DNA of 64,000 nucleotides from Entomortierella parvispora E1425 (taxonomy: Eukaryota; Fungi; Mortierellomycota). Below, one piece after another: positions 25,135-36,623 of the stretch (position 1 is the stretch's first letter; the number at the start of each line of letters is the position of its first letter). A program made the position numbers and the translations under genes. The stretch covers positions 1,054,001-1,118,000 of the forward strand of contig BQFW01000007.1 of NCBI GenBank assembly GCA_020891255.1, written 5' to 3'. The notes under the pieces were generated by a model, which did no database searches, had not been told where the DNA came from, and was given only the letters and a program-made list of their open reading frames with translations.

Positions 25135-26645
25135 TTAACCAATGATGATCTTGTTGCCCTCCTCGAAGGAGTAGGCAGGGATCTCAAGGTTCAATGGTGC
25201 TGGTCCCTTGCGGATACGGCCAGAGATGTCGTAATGGGAACCGTGGCAAGGGCAGTACCATCCACCATAGTCACCAGCCTCACCAATTGGGACGCATCCC
25301 AAGTGAGTGCAGACACCTAAAAAACATTACATTTACAACATGAATTTTGGTCAATTGTTGTGAACACCGTGGGACAGTAACAGTAAAGAAAACAAAAAGA
25401 AAAAAAGGGCCACCTACCCAACATAACCAACCACTCGGGCTTCTGGGCACGCTCGGCATCGTTCTGGGGATCACGGAGCTCGGCAATGTTGACAGAGTTG
25501 GCCTCGTCAATCTCATCAGCAGTACGATGTCTGATGAAAACGGGCTTTCCACGCCACTTGATGGTAACGTTGCGTCCCTCGGGGATGGTGCTGAGGTCAA
25601 CCTCGACCTTGGCCAAAGCCAAGACATCGGCGGAGGCAGACATGTTGGCCAAAAAGTCGGCAACAGTGGTCTTGGCACCAATGAAGGTCAAAGCACCAGT
25701 GGTACCAACCATGAAGTAGGAGAAAGCACGGTTGGTCATATCGCCGGATCCGGACTTGTACTTGTCAAAGTTGGGGATCTCGGTGGTCTCGCGCGAAGAG
25801 GTGTGGTTGAAACGCTTCTGCTGGAAGACCTTGGCGGGGGCTAAGATATGAAAAAAGAGGCATTAAAAGATGTTAGAGGAAGTCCTATAAACAACGTGGG
25901 TTTCCGTTTGCTGTGTCAATTGAGTGATCCATTCCATGTATATGGTCCTGTCCTGTGCCTGATAACCTGTCACGCAAGGACAACCAACGAGAATGGTGTG
26001 CCTGCAAGTGATGGAGCACGGGCATACGCGCTGTATTTGACCTTGCCTGCGCGCGATGCAGTCAGATCTGGGCTTCCACAGCACACATTGAATATATCCG
26101 ATCCGTTCCACGAAACAGATCGCGAGAATTCATCGGATGTTCCTGAATGGGTCTTTAGCTTCAATATCATGTCCTGGGTCCATCCATGAACGGAGAGCTC
26201 AGCACTGGCAGATCAAGTCACGTCTATCGCTCCAGATCTGACATCTTCCGAGCACAGCGGTATCCTCATGGACTGGTCAGGCTCAAATCATGGGCCGGAA
26301 ATTGTTGGTCCAGAATGTCCGGATTTCGGTGTTATTGAAATTGACCCCTGTGCCGGATTGAAGGAAGATTGGCGAATCGATAGTTGATGAGGATTAAAGA
26401 GAGGAGGATGTGCACACAGACATACCGGTGACAAAGGTGCGGTTGGCGTTGGGGGAGACGGTCTTCAAGGCGGAAAGGGAAGGGGTGGCAGGGGACTCAT
26501 GGTGGCCATGACCGTGATGGTCATCATCGGAGCCATAGTGAGCAGAGCGAGCGAGGACGTTGCGAACAGCTGCGGCGGAAGCAGGGAGGGTGACGAAGGA
26601 GCGGTTCAGCGAGGCTGAAGCCAGCTTTGTAGCAAGAGAGGCCAT
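25135..26645 (-). CDS. RIP1: Cytochrome bc1 Rieske iron-sulfur protein
   Basis: [23 protein letters not shown], and Rieske boxes CTHLGC and CPCHGS. Three exons, with a 585-nt intron at 26425-25841. Confidence 0.97.
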
Positions 26646-26713
26646 GGTAGGAGGAGTGGGGATGTGCAAAGGATGAAAGAGAGCGAGGGCGATGATTGTT
26701 TAATGGAATGAAC

Positions 26714-26737
26714 GACGGACGGACGGACGGACGGACG
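26714..26737. repeat. (GACG)n microsatellite just upstream of RIP1
   Basis: Six GACG units. Confidence 0.9.
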
Positions 26738-27070
26738 GGCGGACAGGGCGGGTGCAAATCCGGGCTTCCCTGCCGTGCAGCAGCTTCGGAGCAGTTCGCA
26801 AAACACACGAAGAAAAAATACACGTCACAAATTGAGTCGACCTATGTTATTCGAACAATTCATTTTAGAGAGAGCGTATCTCTCTCATTGCTGTTCCTGA
26901 AAAGCGCGCCCACTTCATTGATTGAAAAGTTTATCGTTATCTATAGTACAAGTTGCTCCTCCTTTGCCATCACATAACCAATTAATCGAGAGAGACCCTC
27001 GAGAGGAAGAGAGAAAAGAACTGTCAATCCACCGAGCGTGCGAAACAGACGATGGCTCATCAGCAGAAAT

Positions 27071-27823
27071 TTAAGCGAACCCTCCGTGGAATCCTCTGAT
27101 TCTCCGTGCCAATTGAATGTCTCTCTGCATGATTGTCACTCTCTTGGCATGAATGGCGCACAGATTTCTATGTGGATATAAGAACACGACAGCGTCAGAA
27201 CTCAATTGGAGAATAAAGGACAAGCTGTCTTAGTATGTTGCTCTCCACAAACACGACACATACGCATCTTCAAACAGATGCACTAAATATGCCTCTGTTG
27301 CTTCCTGAAGGGCCATGATCGCAGAGCTTTGCCACCTCAATCCAACGGTCTCCGTTCCTGGATATGCTGAATGTGAAACTTGTTCCATCGCAATTTCTCG
27401 TACCTACAAAGGACAATGGTACAAACGTATTAGCGTATTAACGTAATAGATTCTATTGCCTCCCAGGCATGGATATGGAATAGAATAAAAATTATTTGGC
27501 AGCGCAAGATCAACCCTTCTCAAACGCGTCAAAACAGATAGGACCAACAGCCGAAATCGAAAGAGTCACTTTACAACGCGTGAAAACGGCAGCTTTTGAA
27601 TCAGCAAATCCGTGCTCTTTTGATATTGTCGAATCTCACGTAACGCCACGGTTCCTGGCTTGTAACGACGTCCTTTTCCTGGCGCGATGGGGTCCCCTGG
27701 TCGTGATTTGACACTCGTCACCATTCCTGCTACGGTTTGAATGCGCCGTTGTGCAGGCGGCTGAGTGCCTGATGTGCCAGCCGGTATCGTCGGCCGTGAT
27801 GATCCTGTTGTCGGCCTGACCAT
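27071..27823 (-). CDS. CENPA: Centromeric histone H3 variant (CENP-A/CenH3)
   Basis: Three exons reconstruct an H3 fold with a divergent N-tail. Diagnostic changes: FSRVV (H3 Q68 lost), extended loop 1 ([16 protein letters not shown]), LRWQ (F84W) and FEDANL (T107A). Confidence 0.93.
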
Positions 27824-27954
27824 TGGTGATTGGGTGGTGTTGGCTGGATGTGTGTGTTGGAGAAAATGAACAAGAGAATTGCATCAAAAAAAACGAAATC
27901 CCGTCAGATAAAATATACTGGCACGTGATTTATTTGGGGTAACCTTTTTTTTAA

Positions 27955-29962
27955 TTATTTGGTAGCAAAGGAGACCGAGTGACACTCCAGAGTCCGAAGG
28001 TTGACCAGAGCTATCGTACCCGTAGCAGCAAACGACGGCAACATCACCACCCGAGTCTTCTGTCCCTGAGATCCTATGGTCGGACAACAAATTATTAATG
28101 GGTGTTGTTAGTGTTAAAAGTACTAGGAAACATGACCATCAATGTAAAGCACATACCTTCCACCAACTCGGTGGCGAACTTGTCCTGGTTGCCGATAAAG
28201 TAAATGTGTGGTGTCTCCTTCATGATGAATGGATCGCGGTCCTTGAATGGATAGCACCCTGAAGATAAGAATGAGATACACAAAGTTGATTAGCTGGCTT
28301 CACTACCAAAGCTCAAAGGACATTCCAACAAAAAAAAAAAAAAAAAAAACTTACAAAGCGTATCTGGGGCAGTTGGCGCCATATGTCTCCAGTTAAGAGT
28401 TTTGATTGCCATTTGAAGCCGGTCTTCAGATTTCACATACTTGTAAATGTCGTCAATGGTCTGCCCTGATGTTCCCAATAATGAAATATTGTCGAGGCTG
28501 CTCCAGTATGGGTTCGTTACGCTTTGGAAAGTGGAATATAAACGCGCAGAGGGGAAAAGCGCTGAGTGGATGGGCTGTTGGGGCATGGTTACACTGGAAG
28601 GATCGCTCTCTCCTGGCATGATGTCCACGGATACGCTAGAGCCGATATCTTGCAAAAATCGATCCAAAATGTTTGCTGGCTCAGTAATATAAGTTGATCG
28701 ATCGTATCCATATTTTTTCTAACGAAAGAAACAACGGTTAGAAATAACACTGAGGAAAATAAACCCGGACAACATGTGGTGCGCTTGCATGAAACCTACT
28801 GCCTTCGTATCATCTTCAATAATTTCCGGGGTAACAATGGAGTTGCCGGCCAGAACGACACGCACAATATTGGCACTGTCGATTTGTTCCTATTGAGAGA
28901 AAATGTCAATCTCCAGACATTCTACTGACCCTTACAACGGCACTCATAGGATCACTGATTTCGCACCTTTGTATTTCCCAATTCTCCAGTGAGGAATTCT
29001 GCAAGAAGGTCAAGCTCCAACGGCTTGAATTCATTTCCACCGATTCCAAGGCCAGAGACTAGGGCGACGTACTTGTCAGCCTCATCTGTCTCCATGGGTG
29101 CTGGTTGTTCCTGTGCTCCTTCACCAGCATAGCAGACATCAACTACCTGAAAATCGCCATTGGTATCCTCACTTCCCAGTACGCCCATAATGACACCTAA
29201 GTATACAAATGAGACTTGTGTCAGTTTTTGCAGTATAGTGAGTCGTTTGTTGTTTGCCCAGGTGAAAACGATATCCTTACCGGTAACAAAGAGATCCTGG
29301 TTGACTTTTGCTCCCGTCAGTTTAACGCGACCAGACTCATCTTCAAGGTATACTGAGTCGCTGTCATCTGTGTACTTTGGTCTATCTGGTTGAGCGGTGA
29401 TCCAGTGCTGTATCATCGAAAAACGGAGGGGAAAAAAAAGAAAAGGCCGAAGAGTTATTGAGACGCCTTTGCCACCAAAATAAAAAAAATCTGATCCGCT
29501 TTCCTTTCGATGTGAACGTACGTCCTTCGTGATATCATTGAGAATGTTGGGCTTCATCTTCATTTCCATGTAAACTGTCCCGACTAGATACGAAATCTCT
29601 CCCTGCTGCACGTCCAGTACTTTGTCGACGTGCTTTGCTTTTGGATCCAGAGAACCTATCAGAACAAAAACAAGCACACGGAGATTAGCAATAGAAGATT
29701 GTAATCCCTTTGACAATCCACCCTTCCTCAGAGTCGTCGTTTCTACAGGGCTTCGTCCCATGTTCATTCCATTACCCCACTTCTTGATGGCTTGCTGGAG
29801 AAGAATGGGTCGCATGAGCATCAGACGCATATAGTACAAATGAGCGTATTGGAGCTTGTAATCACGCGTTGAGATCACAAAGTTCTCCTGAAGCGAGCCG
29901 AGGCTGTCGAATGTGGCCTTGCGCCTCTCGATGGTGGAGGGATCTGAAGTCATGTTGGACAT
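27955..29962 (-). CDS. POL31: DNA polymerase delta small subunit
   Basis: QYAHLYYMRL, LEDESGRVKL, ALVSGL, IMPGESDP...PQQP, NPYW, WRHMAPTAPDTL, YPFKDRDPF and PHIYFIGNQ. Multi-exon. Confidence 0.96.
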
Positions 29963-30110
29963 TGAGGTCGGCCAGTGGTGATGATGCGATGGTCAGGAAC
30001 AACAAAAGAAGTTCGTTGAGAGTCAAGGTTTGAGTTCGCGAGCAGGGCGGACGTAAATGAAGCCGCAAGCCACCGTGGAAAATATTTTGTACATGTACAC
30101 ACGCAGCTCG

Positions 30111-30126
30111 ACGCGTTTTCGCGCGC
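30111..30126. promoter_or_regulatory. Overlapping MCB (ACGCGT) and E2F/SCB-like (TTTCGCGC) site
   Basis: ACGCGTTTTCGCGCGC lies ~150 bp upstream of the POL31 ATG. Function is inferred from consensus only. Confidence 0.5.
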
Positions 30127-30268
30127 TCCGGCCGATCATTGAATATTGATGGGTCCACACATCATCCTTCACTGGAGGACACAGAATTGAACAGACGTCT
30201 TTATTCGAAAACACGAGAACGTCATACTGGCACTGATGATTGACTGTATGATGGGTTGTGGCCCGTCT

Positions 30269-31107
30269 TCAAACAAGTACAGTAACAGCCATTGAAGCGA
30301 GTGCGTGAGCCACTTTGGGGATGGCACCAATCAAGGATCCGCCATTCTTTTTTGCACCCTCGGTAGGATGGCTCTGAACAGTCGAAGTTACCGTGTTGGT
30401 AGCCGTTGCGTGTTGGTCTTTGAGCTTGTCCAAACATGGTCCTGAAATACACTTGCCTGTCAAGAAATCCACTCCTTGGGCACAGACGCCTCCAAAGCGA
30501 ATCCAAGGAGCTGGGCACAGCCTCGGGTTGGTCGTGTTCACCATCATGAAAAGCTCTGTGCGGTCACTGCTGGCACTGGAGGCGGAGGAAGAAGGGGCGA
30601 TCACTTGGACAGCAGCGCAAAGGTCCAATGGGCTGAGAGCGTCCTTGAAGGCTCGGAACTTCAAGTAAAGAGGGTCGAGCTCAGGTTCAAGTGTGTGGTT
30701 GGTGTTTTCTGAGATTGATTCAAGAGACTCAATCTCCCAAATGCCAGACGTTCCAAACGTGACATCCTTGACTGAGCTGTCTTGAACAAAAGAGTTGCCA
30801 TCAACTTTGCTATTTGAGAGGAAAGAAGTGGAGTGGGATATATCAGTTTACGATTGAACGTACACCTCAATAGCAAAGAAGCGTGATAAAGATTATGGAC
30901 CCGTTACAGATTGATATGTTCTTGCTTTCCACAGTGCGTTCCTACTCCGTTGTTGGCTATATTTGCAGTATCAGAGTAGTAGTAGCGCGTTATATCCCAC
31001 GATCCATCAAGGATTCCAGTATTGAGCAGATCTTGCGATGCTGCATACGAGGCTGAGACCAAGAAAAGACCAAGAGTCAAAGAAAGTGTAGAAGTGGACG
31101 AGAGCAT
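30269..31107 (-). CDS. Secreted, possibly GPI-anchored Cys-containing hypothetical protein
   Basis: Signal-peptide-like start MLSSTSTLSLTLGLFLVSASYA. A phase-2 intron (GTAACG...AATAG) joins it to a long exon with Cys pairs, a Thr/Ser-rich stalk and a hydrophobic C-terminus. Confidence 0.65.
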
Positions 31108-31541
31108 GAATATGATAACTGCTGTCTTGGGCGTGTTGTGTGGAGGATGAGAAGAAAGAGCCATAAATGAGCTTTCTGCTTGAAGGATACAAAGGAGTTT
31201 ATCACCGAGTGATATGGGCAGGTGCAGCACCGGACGATCATGACCGAACAAGGACGTGTTGCCATCAAAGGAGAAGAGCAACTTTTCTTCTCAGCTTTAC
31301 TGATCAACATCATTGACGAGCGCTCATCCACTCGTGCTGAAACACACGGCGGGTCATTGTCCAAATCACCCAACAGTCGTCTTCGCTCTTCTAGACTGCA
31401 CAATATGTTCCTTGCTTTAAGATGTCGCGCTTATGGCTGTCCCTGTCACTTCCCACACGCGCTCGCTCTTTCTCTTTTCGAACCCAGAGCTGCAACCTAC
31501 AAAACAAGACAAGCCAAGCCCCATTCGTTCACTAAAGGACC

Positions 31542-32020
31542 ATGACTCGCCACAGTGCAGCCTCTAACCCAACGCTCTGTAGTTGATGGGTGTGGCTGAA
31601 CGCTGTTCAAACTACAACTTCGTCTATGATCGTTCACTCAGGGAGAACAGTCTTCAGTTTCAGCGAACAACAGTCTTCAGTTTCAGCTCGTTCGCGCAGT
31701 CTTTTTTCTCGATTTCAGTGTACAACTTGCGTTCATTCGGGCCACCCACGCGTCTGGTTCTCACCCGTGGTTTGTACGAGGTTTGGGTCCTGCATCCAAC
31801 AGGTGACTTGTGTAAACCCTTTCGCTATCGCTGTTGAATCCATTCCCAAAAGTGTCGTGGGTGTGAGAGGTACATACAGCCCGACGTTGATCGCAAGCAA
31901 TATTTTGACTACATTCTGAAGGCGTTTGATCTTTGAACTGGAAATAGAGAAGCCGAGGAAGGAGACGTCAAGATTCTTGGGTCAGAAACCCCACGGTGGA
32001 AGATACTGATCCAAGGGTTC
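31542..32020 (+). pseudogene. zf-3CxxC (RTP-like zinc-binding) pseudogene
   Basis: FSRFQCTTC...VWFSPVVCT, then a 1-nt deletion near 31778, then EVW...RYRC*IHSQKCRGCERYIQPDVD...YILKAFDL*. TGA stops at 31584, 31835 and 31934. A 23-bp-period duplication spans 31646-31687. Confidence 0.62.
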
Positions 32021-32704
32021 TTGAACAGCCTATCGGACTTGCTTCATTCAAACCAGTTCAATAAAACCTGCAGGGAGGGCATGCTTTCATTGTCCTTTCT
32101 GTATTTTATTTGTGCTGGGCTATTGTCATTCGCGGTTTTTGTAGCAAATGCCGGGTGCCATGCTTTTTTTCCTACAACATGGGTTTTTACGAATGCTGAG
32201 GCAAACAAGTTGTAGCACCCATCTTCCGCCTTAAAAGAGAGCGAAACCTCTGTCTGGAATGTGTGCCTCTCTCGGAGATCGCTTCTTGTTCCACGGCAAC
32301 GCCCAAATGGCCACTGAAACCTTATTTGGGTCTGCCATATGACAGAGTGGAGAAAAGAAAGAAAGTGCTCGTGCGACGGACGGAGGGAGCCAACTGTTCA
32401 CGAGAGCAACAAACATAGTGGGCCGTTGGACAATGAGAGAAAGGATCAATGGTGATTGACAATGCTATTTCCGAGTTTGGACCATTCTCATTTTCTTTCC
32501 ATTGTTCATTCCACCATCCCCCTCTCCTTCATCCTCAACACTCCAACACTTGTTTGAGTAACAGTGCGTTCTACAAGCGTTTGTTGGACCCTTCAGGCAC
32601 ACAGCTTTCAGCCTCCATTAGACCCTAATCGTATTTCTCCACATTCATCTCATTCCCTGGCTCAAAACAGCTTCCCTCTCCTCTCCCACATACCCTAATA
32701 CCCA

Positions 32705-34353
32705 ATGGAGAACAACAAGGTGAAAAGACACACGCTTCTTCAAACAGTCGTCCTCATCTCAATTGCTTCCTTCGCTCATACTATGCTTATTCCACTCGTC
32801 ATCCTAGATTGGTTTCATTGTCAACAGACGAGGCGGTGGTGGCAAAGGAGGCAGAGTTTGGGACAAGGTAAGCCCGCCGTCCTCTCCCTCTTCATGGTTA
32901 CAGGAAAGAAAGAGAGAAAAAAAAGATAAGAACTCCAAGGACTGACCTCATTCATACCGTCTCAATTGACAGCTAGAGCCAACTGTCGCTACCCGTCTTT
33001 CAAAGACGACTTGGAAGGTCGAGTATACACAGCATTCTGGACATGCCTCTGATCTCGCAGGCGAGTTTGTCAAACAAGGATACACCATCATTGTCGCTGT
33101 CGGAGGTAAAGGAGCTCACCTCGCTTTAGCTGTCGTCGGGATAAGCGATTGTTGCAAGGATAGCTTCTTCCTAAGAGTCGCTAATCCTCACGTCTGCTTT
33201 GTACGTTCTATGAACTAGGCGATGGTACAATCAGTCAAGTTGTTCACGGATACATGCTCGCCGATGGTTGTACCAAGGGCTGTGCCGTTGGTATCATTTC
33301 CTCAGGCACCGGAGGTGATTTCGTGCGCACCACAAAGACACCAAGGGACCCTGTTCAGGCATTGGTAATCACTTCATTTCACTGGTCCTCATGATACCGA
33401 GACTATATTGTCGTCTCATGGTCACTGCTATCAGAAGAGCTAACAGGAAGAACCTGTCTACCCTTTCCTCTATGTGTTTGTTACTCCAGGATGTGATTCT
33501 TAGCCAGGAAAGCTCTTTTGTCGATGTTGGTCATGTCACCTGTGCCAAAGTCGACGCCCCCTTGGAAACCAACGAGCAGTACTTTATCAACATCTGTTCT
33601 GTTGGGATCAGGTACGGCACCCCTTCCATGTGCTAGAGACCCTTTTAGAAGAAAAAAAAAAGTTTGACAGTGATTGCATCCTTGGCCCTTACCCATCTAA
33701 CGCATCGAGAGTGCTCTCTTCTCCCTGTCCTGTAGTGGTGCTATCATCAAATCCGTCGAGTCGTCTTCAATTGCAAAATACATCTCTGGCGGTCTTGTCT
33801 ACTGGCTCTACACCTATCTCACAGGTTTTGTTTACAGGCCTCCCCCAGTCAAGTATACCCTGTCCAACGGAGTCGATGCTTCACAAGATGTCACCGATAA
33901 AGAGATGAATCTCTATATCATGGCTGTTGCTAACGGTCAATATCTCGGAGGCAACATGCACATCGCGCCAAAGGCGGACATTGCGGATTCCAAGGTATGG
34001 GAAATAATATTTTTGTACGTGAGACTACCAAGGGGTACGTGAACACTAAAAATTTCACACTCCCGCCTCATTTTTTTTTTTAGTTTGACGTGGTCTGTCT
34101 GCACGATTTGTCCTTGGCGGACGCCTTCTTCAAGGCCGCTCCGGCCCTCAAGAGTGGTGACCTCATGCGATTGTCGTCTCACCAAGCCTTCACTCAAAGG
34201 AACGCTACCGTCACCATGAGTCCCAAGAACCTCGAGACGAAGATCTATGTAGAGGCGGATGGTGAAGTCGCTGGTATCTTGCCCGCCACCTGGAAGGTTG
34301 TGCCCAATGGCTGCCGCATGATCTTACCATCTCCAATTGGACTCGAAAAATAA
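32705..34353 (+). CDS. Diacylglycerol-kinase-like lipid kinase (YegS/BmrU/DgkB family)
   Basis: IVNRRGGGG, AVGGDGT, GIISSGTGGDF, YFINICSVG, VANGQYLGGNMHIAP and EADGE. About 7 exons. Confidence 0.88.
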
Positions 34354-34746
34354 AAAAAAGCACTTTTGACGCGTCCAATTTTTTTTGTTTTTATTTTGGC
34401 CGAAAATTTGGCATGTTTTTCAAATTTGGGCGGGTTTTGAGTCCCAAATTTTGAGGCCGTTTTTCAATTTCAGAAAAACGAATTTTGGGCCAAAATTTGG
34501 AACCGAAAAACACGCGTCCAAAAAAAGCTGGGAAGGAAGGAAGGGGGAGGGAAAGCGTCACAATCTAGTTGGGCTTTGAGAACATGTGGAAGGATAACAT
34601 TGGCTGAAAGCTTGGTTTATTTCGCATGCTATGTACAAAAGGAGACAGCTTGCGAAATGGCAAGTTCCTTGAGCAAGGGTTGTGAAAAAGATATGATACA
34701 GAAGTTGGGGTCAAATTGTCGAAACAAAGAGACTGATTGGAAAGAT

Positions 34747-35119
34747 CTAAAAGATTGGGGTAAAAAAGGACGGATTCGTTAGTACATGACTTGAAATTCA
34801 GGGTTGGATCCAAGAATTGAACGGAAAAATGGGTCCACATGCATGAATTGAGGTCCAAAATGCATGCATTTTGGATCAAAATGCATCAAAAAAAGTGGCC
34901 CATGCATGAAAATCATCAAGAATTCAAGGAATGAATCCAAAATTCAAGACTCCAAATCATGAATGAGAAAAAAAAAAGTTCCGAATGAACGGACCATGAT
35001 GGATGAATGGAAGGTACATAACAAACAATGGATGACAAACAAGGGTCGATGGATGGATCCGAAAAGCAAAAGTCAAGAAGCATTGACCCTTGAAGGAAGG
35101 GGTGGCTGTGCCAACTTAC
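34747..35119 (-). other. Intron in the histone H4 3'UTR
   Basis: GTAAGT donor at 35119, TACTAAC branch point at 34784-34778, pyrimidine tract, TTTTAG acceptor at 34747, and AATAAA at 34621-34616 downstream. Confidence 0.8.
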
Positions 35120-35172
35120 CCATGAAGGAAGGGGGGGTAACGGGGGTGCTTGGTGCGTCGAGGACGTTGGAT

Positions 35173-36295
<1,123 letters not shown>

Positions 36296-36623
36296 AAGCA
36301 CCAACAACGACAACACACTCGGTGGCGATTTGAAACAACACAAAAAAAAATGCCATCGCGACTTTGTAACCTTTGTTATCAAGTGCTCGACTCAAAGCAG
36401 CCTCTTGCCTGTATTATATTCTTCCCTTTTGCTTCCCAGAGTCTCGTCTGTACATTCCTTCCTCCCTTCAAATAAAGCGACACGCTTCTAGCCTCAACTT
36501 TTTTTTTGCTGTTTATTTTGCAAATGGAATGACTTGAAGGGTGAAAATGGGTAAATGCAATGAGATGACGGTGGAGTATGAAAATGATGCAAAGTTTTTT
36601 ATGTTTTGTTTTCCGTGAGTCTT

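Noticed and set aside
25990-26270. Partial C/D box pairs (ATGAGGA..CTGA and CGATGA..CTGA) in the RIP1 intron
   Set aside because: The C boxes deviate from RTGATGA, the terminal stems are poor, and no rRNA guide is recognised.
31584-31936. Three in-frame TGA codons suggesting selenocysteine or TGA recoding
   Set aside because: They fall at Arg/Trp-type positions rather than Cys positions, co-occur with frameshifts, and no SECIS is evident. Ordinary nonsense decay explains them.
35120-35172. Metazoan-type histone 3' stem-loop after H4 or H3
   Set aside because: No 6-bp-stem/4-nt-loop consensus is present, and an AATAAA points to polyadenylated mRNA.
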